Origin: Clostridia bacterium
GTDB taxonomy: Bacteria; Bacillota; Clostridia; Oscillospirales; CAG-272
Assembly (NCBI GenBank): GCA_017452545.1
Contig: JAFTME010000107.1
Location: 828 to 64,827 of the forward strand
Length of the DNA stretch: 64,000 nt
Direction of reading: 5' to 3'
The notes beneath the pieces were generated by a model. That model had not been told where the DNA came from. It made no database searches and worked only from the letters and a program-made list of their open reading frames with translations. Numbering within the stretch: position 1 is the first letter of the stretch; each line of letters begins with the position of its first letter. Made by a program: the position numbers and the translations under genes. Below, in pieces: positions 55,159-64,000 of the stretch.

Positions 55159-57081
55159 ATGAAATTGCATACGCTTTTTCTGCTGCTCTTTCTCTCTCTG
55201 CTTTTGATCCTCGGCGTCGCATGCTCTGCAGATCCGCAGCAGCCTCCGATCAACGATGATCAACCGGAAAACAAAAACGATCCCTCCCCCGATGAGGATA
55301 CGACACCTCCCGCCGATGACGACAAAAAGGAGCCGGATGGCAGCGGCAGCGATTCCGATACCGCAACCACCCGACCGACCACCGTCCCCAACCCCTACGC
55401 CGACGTCGATATCGCCGCTCTCCCCGATGGTCCGCAGGATCGGATCGCCGCAGATGAAAGCGGCTTTCATATCGATATGCCGACCCAAACCAAATACACC
55501 GGTGATGAACTGGAGATCGAATTGAACGATCCCTGCTACGGCGGCGCACAGTACGTCGGTAAGCTGTTCACCGAGGGCTTGGGACGCGGCCCCGGCGCAA
55601 ACGAATATCTGTACTACACCTTTCACCTTGAGAGCGACGGCTGCACCGTAGAAACGCTGTCCAAGATCACCGAGCAGTTTTTCTCCTCCAAGGCATTCCT
55701 CTCGCTCAAGCTCGCGCCCGAATACGAGGTCATGGCGGTCTACCGTGCCGTTCTCAGTCGTGATCCCACGCTTGCAGAGACCAACGATTACTTCGCCCGC
55801 GTTACCGAGGAAAAGGCAGCCGGCATCGCCGTTTCGCTGACAAAGACCGAGGAATTTGCCAATATGCTTCCCGATATCGTCCGCGGCGACTATTATTGGG
55901 GCGCCAATAATACCGAATATTCTCCCTCTGGCATCATCCTTACGACCAACGATTTTGTTAAAATGCTCAGTAAATCGCAAAAATCCGGTGTCTTGGAGCT
56001 GGAGCCCGGCACGTTGGTCCTGCTGTCCAGAGGTGCCACCGTTCCGAAAAACGTCACCGTTACCACAAAGGGAAATCCCACGCACTATACGCAGCAGGCT
56101 CGCATCCTGCGCACCGAGACCTTCGGGGCGCGTCAGCTCACCTGTAACGAGGGCTCGACCATTTCCCACCTTTGGATCGACGGAAACCGCTCCGCCTTCA
56201 GCCCCGAGGAGCTGCCCGGCGGAAACGGCGCTGCCTGCGTTGGTCTTGTCAAGGATAAGGCCTCCTGCATCGGTTGCCGCGTAAACGGCTCGATCGCAGG
56301 AACCCATATTTTCGGCGCAGATGCGATCCGCGGTCTGCATATTGCCAACAATCTGGTAACCTGCTACGAGAGCGACCATTATTCCAAAATTTCCGACGGC
56401 ATCACCGTTGCCTCTACCGGGTGCATGATTGAAAATAATACCGTCATCGATGCCACCGACGTCGGAATTATTCTGTTCCGCTTTATCAGCCCCGGCTACG
56501 AGGAGCCCCAGAACAGCGTCGTGCGCAACAATACCATCCTGAATCTCGGCAACTCCGCCTTTGCCGGCCTGGATATCGATGCCTGGAACAAGCAGGATGC
56601 AAAGCAAAACTTTGTCGGTACGCTGTTTGAGAACAACGCCCTGTGGACCTCCTACAAGGCGCATCAGCATATCTGCCTCTCGCTTGCAACGCTGGCATGG
56701 CATAACGTCATCGGCGACGAAGCCATCGGCAGCACCATGATCAATAACTACACCCCCGACGGTCTGCACGTAAACTGCGCCGTGGTCTTTGCCGGCGACG
56801 GTTGCTATGATCTCATCGCTCGCGGCAACCACATCAACGCCTACATCGGTCCTTGGGGACGCAGCGAGGTGTCTCCGCTGCTGCGCGAGCGTATCTCTTC
56901 TCTCAATCCCCAAACCGCCTCGGGCGATGTACAGGGCGAATACGAGGAGCTGACCACCTGGATCCCGTGGCAACCGATCGTCTACGCGCACTCTGCGCCT
57001 CCGCTCGAAAGCTTTACGCTCAAGGGCGCGATCTTCCATGAGAACCGCGTGACTGCGCAAGAGGTCGGTCATCCCAATTAA
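55159..57081 (+). CDS. lipoprotein with DUF4214-like repeats and a right-handed beta-helix domain
   Basis: 640 aa. Lipobox LGVAC and a Pro/Asp-rich linker. Beta-helix turns such as IENNTVIDATDVGIILF and VRNNTILNLGNSAFAGLDI. Confidence 0.75.
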   Translation: MKLHTLFLLLFLSLLLILGVACSADPQQPPINDDQPENKNDPSPDEDTTPPADDDKKEPDGSGSDSDTATTRPTTVPNPYADVDIAALPDGPQDRIAADESGFHIDMPTQTKYTGDELEIELNDPCYGGAQYVGKLFTEGLGRGPGANEYLYYTFHLESDGCTVETLSKITEQFFSSKAFLSLKLAPEYEVMAVYRAVLSRDPTLAETNDYFARVTEEKAAGIAVSLTKTEEFANMLPDIVRGDYYWGANNTEYSPSGIILTTNDFVKMLSKSQKSGVLELEPGTLVLLSRGATVPKNVTVTTKGNPTHYTQQARILRTETFGARQLTCNEGSTISHLWIDGNRSAFSPEELPGGNGAACVGLVKDKASCIGCRVNGSIAGTHIFGADAIRGLHIANNLVTCYESDHYSKISDGITVASTGCMIENNTVIDATDVGIILFRFISPGYEEPQNSVVRNNTILNLGNSAFAGLDIDAWNKQDAKQNFVGTLFENNALWTSYKAHQHICLSLATLAWHNVIGDEAIGSTMINNYTPDGLHVNCAVVFAGDGCYDLIARGNHINAYIGPWGRSEVSPLLRERISSLNPQTASGDVQGEYEELTTWIPWQPIVYAHSAPPLESFTLKGAIFHENRVTAQEVGHPN

Positions 57082-57091
57082 GCATATCAAT

Positions 57092-57125
57092 GAAAACGGG
57101 CATTGCCGCTGCAATGCCCGTTTTC
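57092..57125. terminator. bidirectional terminator
   Basis: GAAAACGGGCATTGC-CGCT-GCAATGCCCGTTTTC. Confidence 0.85.
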
Positions 57126-57129
57126 ATAT

Positions 57130-57600
57130 TCAAAGCAAAATCGGAATCAGCATGGTATACGGAGCCGTCGCAATGGCAAGCGCAAGCGCAAGTGCCTTGA
57201 CGTCCTCCGCCCCCAACTCACAGCGACGGAAGCTGACGTACCGGTTGAATACATAGATCAGCCCTCCCGCCAGCAATACACCGGGAATGGAGATCAGCGT
57301 CAATCCGGGGAAATGCATGGTGTCAAGACTTAAACACGAGCCAAACAAAAGCTCCATCAACAGCGTCAAGCCCGCACCGACAAAATCACTGATAAACCCA
57401 AAGATCCAAACCCAAAGGATCGATGCCTGCCATACGCGCCGCGTCGCCTCAATGCGCCGTACTTTTGCCGTGATCGCCACCACTAAGGAGTCGATCAAAA
57501 AATTCACCGGCAGGATCAGCAGCCAAAGATAGGTCGGATACAGCAGCATCAGCCAGATCGGCATCATTACGTTGTAAAGCTTTACAGTCTTTTTCATCAT
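57130..57600 (-). CDS. small integral membrane protein, unknown function
   Basis: Start at MMKKTVKLYNV, preceded by GAGAGGAG. Four hydrophobic helices. Confidence 0.65.
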   Translation of the reverse strand: MMKKTVKLYNVMMPIWLMLLYPTYLWLLILPVNFLIDSLVVAITAKVRRIEATRRVWQASILWVWIFGFISDFVGAGLTLLMELLFGSCLSLDTMHFPGLTLISIPGVLLAGGLIYVFNRYVSFRRCELGAEDVKALALALAIATAPYTMLIPILL

Positions 57601-57661
57601 ACGAACTCCTCTCTTTCGGCATCGTAAGCTCATTATAGCACGCCGCCCTCGCCCTGTCAAC

Positions 57662-57697
57662 AAAAAAACTGCTCCTTAATAAAAAATTAAGGAACAG
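57662..57697 (-). terminator. terminator after dut
   Basis: A 12-bp stem with one mismatch, followed by U7 on the minus strand. Confidence 0.75.
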
Positions 57698-57705
57698 CTT
57701 TTTCT

Positions 57706-58140
57706 TTATACACCCGTCGATCCAAAGCCACCGGCGCCGCGCTGCGTCTCGGTCAGCTCGTCCACCTCTTCAAATTCGGCAGGCAAAAAGGGCATGATCA
57801 CCAGCTGGGCGATCCGATCCCCCGGCATAACGGTACGCTCCTCGTCGGAATCGTTGTGCAGCGCCACGATATACTCGCCGCGATAGTCCGCATCGCACAC
57901 TCCCACACAGTTGGCAGGACGCAATCCTTGCTTGCTGGCAAGACCGCTGCGTGCAAATACCGCTCCGAAATACCCCTCGGGAACGGCAACGGATAACCCC
58001 GTGCCGATCTTCGCCGTGGTGTGCGGCGCGATCACAACCGCCTCGTCAATGCAGGCGTACAGGTCGTAGCCCGCAGCCGCAGCCGAGCCGCGTGTCGGCA
58101 TTTGAGCTTGCTCTCTGAGCTTTTTGATCTGAATTTTCAT
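57706..58140 (-). CDS. dut: dUTP diphosphatase
   Basis: Start at MKIQIKKL, preceded by GAGGAGAG. Motifs AAGYDL, GVCDADYRGE and GGFGSTG. Confidence 0.93.
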   Translation of the reverse strand: MKIQIKKLREQAQMPTRGSAAAAGYDLYACIDEAVVIAPHTTAKIGTGLSVAVPEGYFGAVFARSGLASKQGLRPANCVGVCDADYRGEYIVALHNDSDEERTVMPGDRIAQLVIMPFLPAEFEEVDELTETQRGAGGFGSTGV

Positions 58141-58170
58141 ATTCTCTCCTCGTTTCAATGCCGCACGGCA

Positions 58171-58689
58171 TCACTGATATAAAACGATCTGTCCTTCCCT
58201 GCGCGTCGCCCGCAGGTCGATCAGTCGCTGGTTTTCCGAGCCGCGGAACTTCAGGGAAATATTGCGCTTGTCCTCTACGAATTCTCCGTCAACAAGAACG
58301 TCGATCAGCGAAAGCATCTCGTCCGTTACCTCACAACGGGCGCGGGAGGGCGCGAGCAGCTCCCCGTCCAGCGTGTAACCCGAATAGCACCAGATGTCCT
58401 TGTCCGGCAGCTCCGCTCTCAAGCGCTTGAGAAACGGCAGCAGCGCGCGCTGGTTGTTCGGCTCAAAGGGCTCGCCGCCCAGCAGCGTCAAGCCGCGAAT
58501 GTGGGGAGGACGCAGCAGCGAGAGCAGCTGCTCCTCGGTCTCCCTCGTAAAGGGCTGGCCGTAAGAAAACGACCACGTCTCGGGCTGAAAGCAGCCCTTG
58601 CAATGGTGGGTACAGCCGGAAACGAACAGGCTGACGCGCACGCCGGGACCGTCGGCAATATCGACCGCCTTGATTACACTATAATTCAT
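58171..58689 (-). CDS. nrdG: anaerobic ribonucleoside-triphosphate reductase activating protein (radical SAM)
   Basis: 172 aa. Has the CTHHCKGC cluster motif. Confidence 0.92.
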   Translation of the reverse strand: MNYSVIKAVDIADGPGVRVSLFVSGCTHHCKGCFQPETWSFSYGQPFTRETEEQLLSLLRPPHIRGLTLLGGEPFEPNNQRALLPFLKRLRAELPDKDIWCYSGYTLDGELLAPSRARCEVTDEMLSLIDVLVDGEFVEDKRNISLKFRGSENQRLIDLRATRREGQIVLYQ

Positions 58690-58717
58690 ATTCGCATTTC
58701 CTACTTTTCACTAAATT

Positions 58718-58764
58718 GCAGAAATGAAAGACGAACCCGCGCGGGAAACACCTTTCATTTCTGC
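58718..58764 (-). other. nested stem-loop in the nrdD-nrdG intercistronic region
   Basis: A 13-bp perfect outer stem, GCAGAAATGAAAG / CTTTCATTTCTGC, encloses the CCCGCGCGGG palindrome. No U-tract follows. Confidence 0.85.
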
Positions 58765-58810
58765 TTTATGATGGAGTTTTAAGCGTTATACGCGCATGAT
58801 GCGCCGTGTA

Positions 58811-60991
58811 TTACAGATGCAGCACGCGATCCTGGATCTCCTGGGTTCTGCCCTGATTCCAATACTGCGTACCGATATAACCGCAGGTACGACGTGCAAC
58901 GTTCATCTTGGACTGATCGCGGTTACGGCAGTTGGGGCACTCCCAAACCAGCTTTCCGTCCTCGTCGGTCACGATCAAAATCTCGCCGTTGTATCCGCAG
59001 CACTGGCAGTAGTCTCTCTTGGTGTTGAGCTCGGCGTACATGATGTGATCATAGATGAACTTCATAACCTCAAGAACCGCCTCCAGGTTGTGCTGCATAT
59101 CGGGAACCTCAACGTAGCTGATCGCACCGCCGGGCGACAGGCGCTGGAACTGCGACTCAAAGGACAGTTTGGTAAAGGCGTCGATATCCTCGGTAACGTG
59201 GATATGGTAGGAGTTGGTGATATAGGACTTGTCGGTAATGCCGGGGATAATGCCGAATCTCTTCTGCAGGCACTTGGCAAACTTGTAGGTGGTGGACTCC
59301 AGCGGCGTGCCGTACAAGCTGAAATCGATGTTTTCCTTCTTCTTCCACTTGGCACAAGCATCATTCAGACGCTGCATGACCTCCAGTGCAAACGGGGTAG
59401 CGGACGCATCGGTGTGCGACTTGCCCGTCATTGCCTTGACGCACTCGTAAAGGCCTGCATAACCGAGAGAAATGGTGGAATAGCCGCCGTAGAGCAACTT
59501 ATCAATGGTTTCGCCCTTCTCCAGTCTTGCCAGCGCACCGTACTGCCACAGAATGGGAGCAGCGTCAGACAGCGTACCCTTCAAACGGTTGTGACGGCAC
59601 ATCAGCGCCTCGTAGCACAGCTCCAGACGCTCGTCCAGGATCTTCCAGAACTTATCAAAATCACCGCCGCTGGACAGCGCTACGTCGGGCAGGTTGATGG
59701 TAACGACGCCCTGATTGAAGCGTCCGTAATACTTCGGCTTACCCGTTTCGGGATCGACGTAGGGAGTCAGGAAGCTGCGGCAGCCCATGCAGGTGTAGCA
59801 GTGACCGTCGCCGTTCTTGTCGATCTTGTACTCGAGCATCTTCTTCTCGGAGATGTAGTCGGGAACCATGCGCTTTGCCGTGCACTTGGCAGACAGGCGC
59901 GTCAGATAGTAATAAGGGCTGTCCTCGTGGATATTCTGCTCCTCCAGCACGTAGATCAGCTTGGGGAACGCAGGCGTGATCCACACACCGGCCTCGTTCT
60001 TGACACCGTTGATACGCTGCAGCAGAACCTCCTCAATGATGAGCGCCAGATCGCGCTTTTCCTGCTCGTTGCGCGCTTCACCCAGATACATAAATACGGT
60101 AATAAAGGGCGCCTGACCGTTGGTGGTCATCAGCGTAACGACCTGGTACTGAATGGTCTGTACACCGCGGCGGATCTCCGCACGCAGACGGTCCTCAACA
60201 ACGCGCTCGATCGAGTCGGGAGAAGCAAAGCCGCCAAAGCTCTCTGCCTCCGCCTGAACCTCGCGGCGAATGCGCTCACGGCTGACCTGAACGAAGGGAG
60301 CCAGATGCGTCAGCGAAATGGACTGACCGCCGTACTGGCTGGAAGCAACCTGCGCGATGATCTGCGTTGCGATGTTGCAGGCCGTCGAGAAGGAATGGGG
60401 CTTGTCGATCATGGTACCGCTGATAACGGTGCCGTTCTGCAGCATATCCTCCAGGTTGACCAGGTCACAGTTGTGCATATGCTGTGCGAAATAGTCGGCA
60501 TCGTGGAAGTGAATGATGCCTGCCTCGTGTGCGTCCACGATCTCCTTGGGCAGCAGCACTCTCTTGGTAATGTCCTTGCTGACCTCGCCCGCCATATAGT
60601 CACGCTGTACGCTGTTGACAGTGGGGTTCTTGTTGGAGTTCTCCTGCTTGACCTCCTCGTTATTGCACTCGATCAGCGCAAGGATCTGCTCGTCGGTCGT
60701 GTTAGACTGACGAACCATGGCACGGATATAGCGGTAGGTGATATACTTGCGCGCCAGCGCGTACGCACCGAACGCCATGATCTGGTCCTCGACCAAGTCC
60801 TGAATTTCCTCGACGCTCATCGCGCGATTCATCTGCTCGCACTTTTCCTCTACGTTTGCCGCAGCCTCGTGGATCTGCGCGGGAGTCAGGCGGTCAGCCT
60901 CCTCCACGGAATTGTTCGCCTTGGTAATAGCAACAATGATCTTGGTGATATCAAATACTGCTTCAGAGCCGTTTCTCTTGATGATTTTCAT
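58811..60991 (-). CDS. nrdD: anaerobic ribonucleoside-triphosphate reductase
   Basis: 726 aa. N-terminal ATP-cone, C-terminal zinc ribbon CxxC..CxxC, and the glycyl-radical motif RRTCGYIG. Confidence 0.95.
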   Translation of the reverse strand: MKIIKRNGSEAVFDITKIIVAITKANNSVEEADRLTPAQIHEAAANVEEKCEQMNRAMSVEEIQDLVEDQIMAFGAYALARKYITYRYIRAMVRQSNTTDEQILALIECNNEEVKQENSNKNPTVNSVQRDYMAGEVSKDITKRVLLPKEIVDAHEAGIIHFHDADYFAQHMHNCDLVNLEDMLQNGTVISGTMIDKPHSFSTACNIATQIIAQVASSQYGGQSISLTHLAPFVQVSRERIRREVQAEAESFGGFASPDSIERVVEDRLRAEIRRGVQTIQYQVVTLMTTNGQAPFITVFMYLGEARNEQEKRDLALIIEEVLLQRINGVKNEAGVWITPAFPKLIYVLEEQNIHEDSPYYYLTRLSAKCTAKRMVPDYISEKKMLEYKIDKNGDGHCYTCMGCRSFLTPYVDPETGKPKYYGRFNQGVVTINLPDVALSSGGDFDKFWKILDERLELCYEALMCRHNRLKGTLSDAAPILWQYGALARLEKGETIDKLLYGGYSTISLGYAGLYECVKAMTGKSHTDASATPFALEVMQRLNDACAKWKKKENIDFSLYGTPLESTTYKFAKCLQKRFGIIPGITDKSYITNSYHIHVTEDIDAFTKLSFESQFQRLSPGGAISYVEVPDMQHNLEAVLEVMKFIYDHIMYAELNTKRDYCQCCGYNGEILIVTDEDGKLVWECPNCRNRDQSKMNVARRTCGYIGTQYWNQGRTQEIQDRVLHL

Positions 60992-61074
60992 TTGCGTCCT
61001 TCCCTTCTTTTTGAATATCTATGATTGATTTACCTTTCCGCTCGCAGCGGAACCAAAAATTGTCGGCGAGATAC

Positions 61075-61127
61075 AGTATACACTATATCTTGTGTTTTGT
61101 CAATAGGAAAAACACAAAATTTTGTGA
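61075..61127 (-). promoter_or_regulatory. nrdD promoter with two NrdR boxes
   Basis: On the minus strand: TTGACA (61103-61098), 17-nt spacer, TATACT (61080-61075). NrdR-box-like palindromes are ACACTATATCTTGTGT (61080-61095) and ACACAAAATTTTGTGA (61112-61127), with centres 32 nt apart. Confidence 0.75.
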
Positions 61128-61169
61128 AAAAAAGCAAACCCGCCGCAAGAAGTCAGCGTGTTTGCTTTT
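61127..61169 (-). terminator. stem-loop separating the PPTase operon from the nrdD promoter
   Basis: AAAGCAAAC / GTTTGCTTT stem with a 20-nt loop, flanked by A and T runs. Confidence 0.45.
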
Positions 61170-61356
61170 GGTTCGTATTGTGTTGGTCAATATAGACGAA
61201 ACGGCGTTTCGATTTTTGTATAGACTGCCGAGATGCTTTTTTAGGGGATGTATCGCACCGCAGCACGGCGCGACAGCCCTATTATTTTACTACAAGACGC
61301 CCTATTTGTCAAGGCAACGATTTCAACAAAAAAGCCCTCATCGCATTGTGCATTTT

Positions 61357-62037
61357 TTACAAGGCGGCATCCTCCGCAAGCAGTACCGCCGACGACAGCC
61401 GCTCTATACAGATGTCCTCCTTCGCCTCGGCGCAGACCGTCAACACGTGCCGCTCATCAAGAGATACCGTTTGCAGCCGCAGCGGCTGCACGATCCCCGC
61501 CGCGTTCCGCACGTACCCCCGCGCCACATCCACGGAAAAAGAATCCAGCGGCACCATCAGACCGCAGCCAACGTACTTGACGTAGGCCTCCTTTGCCGTC
61601 CAGACCCTTGCAAAGCGGAGCGCTGCATTCGCCTCCCCCTCGGCAAAGATCTCCTCCTGTTCCGCATCTGTGAAAAAGCGACGCGACACGCGCAGCCTGT
61701 GCTCACTCGGCTCGACCGTCTCCACGTCCACCCCGACCTCCCGATCGGAATAGGCGATCACCGCAAAATCCCCGCCGTGCGACAGATTGAAACAAAAATC
61801 GGGCAGCGCCACGTACGGCTTTCCCTCTGCCCCCTTGAGCAAAGGCATCGGCTCCGCCCTTCCGCAGCGGCGCAGCGCATGGCGCAGCAGCGCACCGGCG
61901 GCAAGGCAGCGCACCGCCTCCTCCCGTCGCCCGTACCTGTCCGCGCGCGCGCGACGCTCCTCATCAGCAGCAAAATACAGCTGCCGGAGCTGTGTCTCGC
62001 TGATGCGGGAAACGTCCAGACAATCCACAAAAAGCAT
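61357..62037 (-). CDS. 4'-phosphopantetheinyl transferase, Sfp type
   Basis: 226 aa with motifs FNLSHGGD, GVDVE and WTAKEAYVK. Confidence 0.88.
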   Translation of the reverse strand: MLFVDCLDVSRISETQLRQLYFAADEERRARADRYGRREEAVRCLAAGALLRHALRRCGRAEPMPLLKGAEGKPYVALPDFCFNLSHGGDFAVIAYSDREVGVDVETVEPSEHRLRVSRRFFTDAEQEEIFAEGEANAALRFARVWTAKEAYVKYVGCGLMVPLDSFSVDVARGYVRNAAGIVQPLRLQTVSLDERHVLTVCAEAKEDICIERLSSAVLLAEDAAL

Positions 62038-62039
62038 AC

Positions 62040-62645
62040 TCAGTACCCCAGCGGCTCGTCCACGAGCACGATCTCAATGCTGCTCTGCATGGGCGCCGAC
62101 CAAAGCACCGAAAGTCCGCAGCAAATCCGCTCGGGGCTGTTGCAATCGTAGCAGCGATCCGCCGCCGCAGCACAAGGTGTCTTTTTGCCAAGACGCTGTG
62201 CGTTCTTGGGTGCCGCTACGTTGCGCGCACGCCAAAGCGCCGCTTGTGCGTCCGGCGCGATCTTGTTGCTGCCAACGACGAGATATACCCGCTCATGCCC
62301 GTAAAAAATGGCGCCGACGCGGTTGCAAACGCCGTCAATGTTGATGACCTCCCCCGTTTCTGCCAGCGCGTTAACGGAAGAAATATAGATCTGTGCGGCA
62401 TTGGCAGCAAGACGCACCTCGGGAACCGTCTTCCCCTCGGGCATTCTTTGGTGCCAGTGGCAATCGTTGTGTGTCGCAAGCAGCTCGTAAAGCCCCATTT
62501 GCTCCAGCGTGACCGAACCACCAAAGCCAACGCTCTTGCCGTCGATCTGTCCGTCGATATATGCCGCAGCCTCCGCTGCCGAGCCGTGAATGCTGACCGA
62601 GTAGCCCTTGTCCTGTAAGACCTGCTTGAGAACGGTAAAATCCAT
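62040..62645 (-). CDS. LUD-domain (LutC/YkgG-like) protein
   Basis: 201 aa. GGAGGAG SD. The C-terminal Cys-rich segment CAAAADRCYDCNSPERICC is atypical for the family. Confidence 0.75.
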   Translation of the reverse strand: MDFTVLKQVLQDKGYSVSIHGSAAEAAAYIDGQIDGKSVGFGGSVTLEQMGLYELLATHNDCHWHQRMPEGKTVPEVRLAANAAQIYISSVNALAETGEVINIDGVCNRVGAIFYGHERVYLVVGSNKIAPDAQAALWRARNVAAPKNAQRLGKKTPCAAAADRCYDCNSPERICCGLSVLWSAPMQSSIEIVLVDEPLGY

Positions 62646-62846
62646 ACGTCATCTCCTCCCAAAATTCCTGTGAGATAGCTCTATTATATCACATCCCCGT
62701 ACCTTTTTCCACCCCCTTTTTACATAAATCCAAAAAAAGCCGTGCGACAGCCCCCCATATCCACCAACAGCACCCCGGCTTGACAGACACAGAAAAAAGA
62801 GGTATAATATGATAATGATGCAACACCAAAACCACAGGAGGTCGCC

Positions 62847-64000
62847 ATGAACATCGTCGTCATCAACGGAAGCCCAAAGGGGCAAAACAGCATCACCCTG
62901 CAGACAGTCCACTACCTGTCGCTGCTGCATCCCGAGCATACCTTTGAAATTCTCAACGTCGGCAGCCGCATCAAGGCGCTGGAGAAGGATCTCTCCCCGG
63001 CGATCAGTGCTCTGCAAAACGCCGAGCTGCTGCTGTTTTCCTATCCCGTTTATACCTTTATCGCCCCCTATCAGCTCCATCGCTTTATCGAGCTGATCAA
63101 AGACGCAGGCGTTGACCTGCAGGGCAAATACGCCACCCAGCTCTCCACCTCCACGCATTTTTACGACGTCACCGCGCACGCCTATATCCGTGATAACTGT
63201 CACGATCTCGGCCTTCGCTATATCCGCGGACTCTCCGCCGATATGGATGACCTGACGACAAAAAAGGGACAGTCCCAAGCGCGTGAATTTTTCAGCTACG
63301 TCTGCTTCTGTATGCAAAACGGCATCTGCGAGCCCGCCCCTGCGCCCGCTCCCGCCCCTGCCAAGCTGCCCGTTGCAATTCCCACCGAGATCGCCGCGCA
63401 AGCCGAGGGCGATGTCGTTGTGCTGACCAACTGCGAGCAAGACGACACCCAGCTTGCCGATATGATCGCCCGCTTTCGCGCCGTCATGCCGCGAAAGACA
63501 AGACTGATCAACATCCGCGAATTTCCCTTCAAGGGCGGTTGCCTCGGCTGCTTCAACTGCGCCGTCTCGGGAAAATGCATCTATACCGACGGCTTCGACG
63601 ATTATCTGCGCAACACCATCCAGACGGCGCAGGCCATCGTCATCGCCTTCACCGTCAAGGATCACTCCATGGGCGCCTCGTTCAAGCTGTACGATGACCG
63701 CCAGTTCTGCAACGGCCACCGCACCGTCACCATGGGTATGCCCATGGGCTATCTCGTCAGCGGTAATCTTGCCGCCGAAGCCAACCTTCAGACCATCATC
63801 GAGGGGCGCGCCCAGGTCGGCAGTAATTTCCTCGCCGGCGTCGCCACCGACCAGACCGATCCGAACGGCGAGATCGACACCCTGGCACGATCGCTGGAGT
63901 ACGCCATCTCCACCGCCTACGTCCCCCCGCAGAATTTCTACGGCATCGGCGGCATGAAGATCTTCCGCGATCTGATCTGGCTGATGCAGGGTATGATGCG
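62847..64000 (+). CDS. NAD(P)H-dependent oxidoreductase with tandem flavodoxin-like folds (runs off the window end)
   Basis: ATG 62847 follows AGGAGG. MNIVVINGSPKG is a NADPH-dependent FMN-reductase-like N-terminus. After an (AP)n linker, the second half contains GGCLGCFNC. The frame is open to position 64000. Confidence 0.75.
   Translation, partial: MNIVVINGSPKGQNSITLQTVHYLSLLHPEHTFEILNVGSRIKALEKDLSPAISALQNAELLLFSYPVYTFIAPYQLHRFIELIKDAGVDLQGKYATQLSTSTHFYDVTAHAYIRDNCHDLGLRYIRGLSADMDDLTTKKGQSQAREFFSYVCFCMQNGICEPAPAPAPAPAKLPVAIPTEIAAQAEGDVVVLTNCEQDDTQLADMIARFRAVMPRKTRLINIREFPFKGGCLGCFNCAVSGKCIYTDGFDDYLRNTIQTAQAIVIAFTVKDHSMGASFKLYDDRQFCNGHRTVTMGMPMGYLVSGNLAAEANLQTIIEGRAQVGSNFLAGVATDQTDPNGEIDTLARSLEYAISTAYVPPQNFYGIGGMKIFRDLIWLMQGMM

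Noticed and set aside
55126-57114. 662-aa minus-strand ORF
   Set aside because: Antisense to the 640-aa lipoprotein gene. That gene has an SD, a lipobox signal peptide and a coherent repeat architecture.
58796-61024. 742-aa plus-strand ORF
   Set aside because: Antisense to nrdD. Shadow ORF.
1-64000. Search for a prophage, IS elements, integrase, toxin-antitoxin or known defence systems
   Set aside because: No translation in any frame shows recombinase, transposase, Cas, restriction-modification, Abi or TIR/STING-type motifs that I can recognise. The only mobile-element signature is the integrase-less islet at tRNA-Leu.

Overview
This is a 64-kb chromosomal window from a high-GC Firmicutes/Clostridia-type anaerobe. 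GC is roughly 60% by eye; I have not computed it. The taxonomic call rests on several features: hrcA-grpE-dnaK-dnaJ with a CIRCE operator, rplU-prp-rpmA with an L27 propeptide, nrdD/nrdG with NrdR boxes, a lysine riboswitch ahead of dapA-dapB-lysA, and many textbook TTGACA-17-TATAAT promoters.

Most of the window is housekeeping: pncB, radC, folD, lgt, an M16 peptidase pair, gpmI, pcrA, fba, argF, dap/lys genes, prmA, the chaperone operon, ribosomal proteins, dut and nrdDG.

Interspersed carbohydrate genes include a GH28-like enzyme, beta-helix lipoproteins, uxuA plus an SDR, a Gfo/Idh/MocA oxidoreductase, three xylose-isomerase-like TIM barrels and a ThuA-like protein.

I found two tRNAs, Leu-CAA and Arg-CCU. 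I saw no CRISPR array, transposase, integrase or recognisable defence gene.

The parts that look accessory or unexplained are:
- A ~1.2-kb low-GC islet abutting the 3' end of tRNA-Leu. It carries an Avd-like four-helix-bundle gene translationally coupled to a truncated pyrophosphatase homologue.
- A very regular, mirror-symmetric array of seven sequence-divergent mini-hairpins inside that islet.
- A degenerate copy of the tRNA 3' end at the far edge of the islet.
- A six-gene dlt-like operon (adenylating enzyme, carrier protein, MBOAT, SGNH) with non-canonical order and a GDC motif where GDS is expected.
- An unusual oxidoreductase/TIM-barrel/ThuA sugar cluster.

All calls come from reading the translations and the sequence by eye. 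No database search was run.
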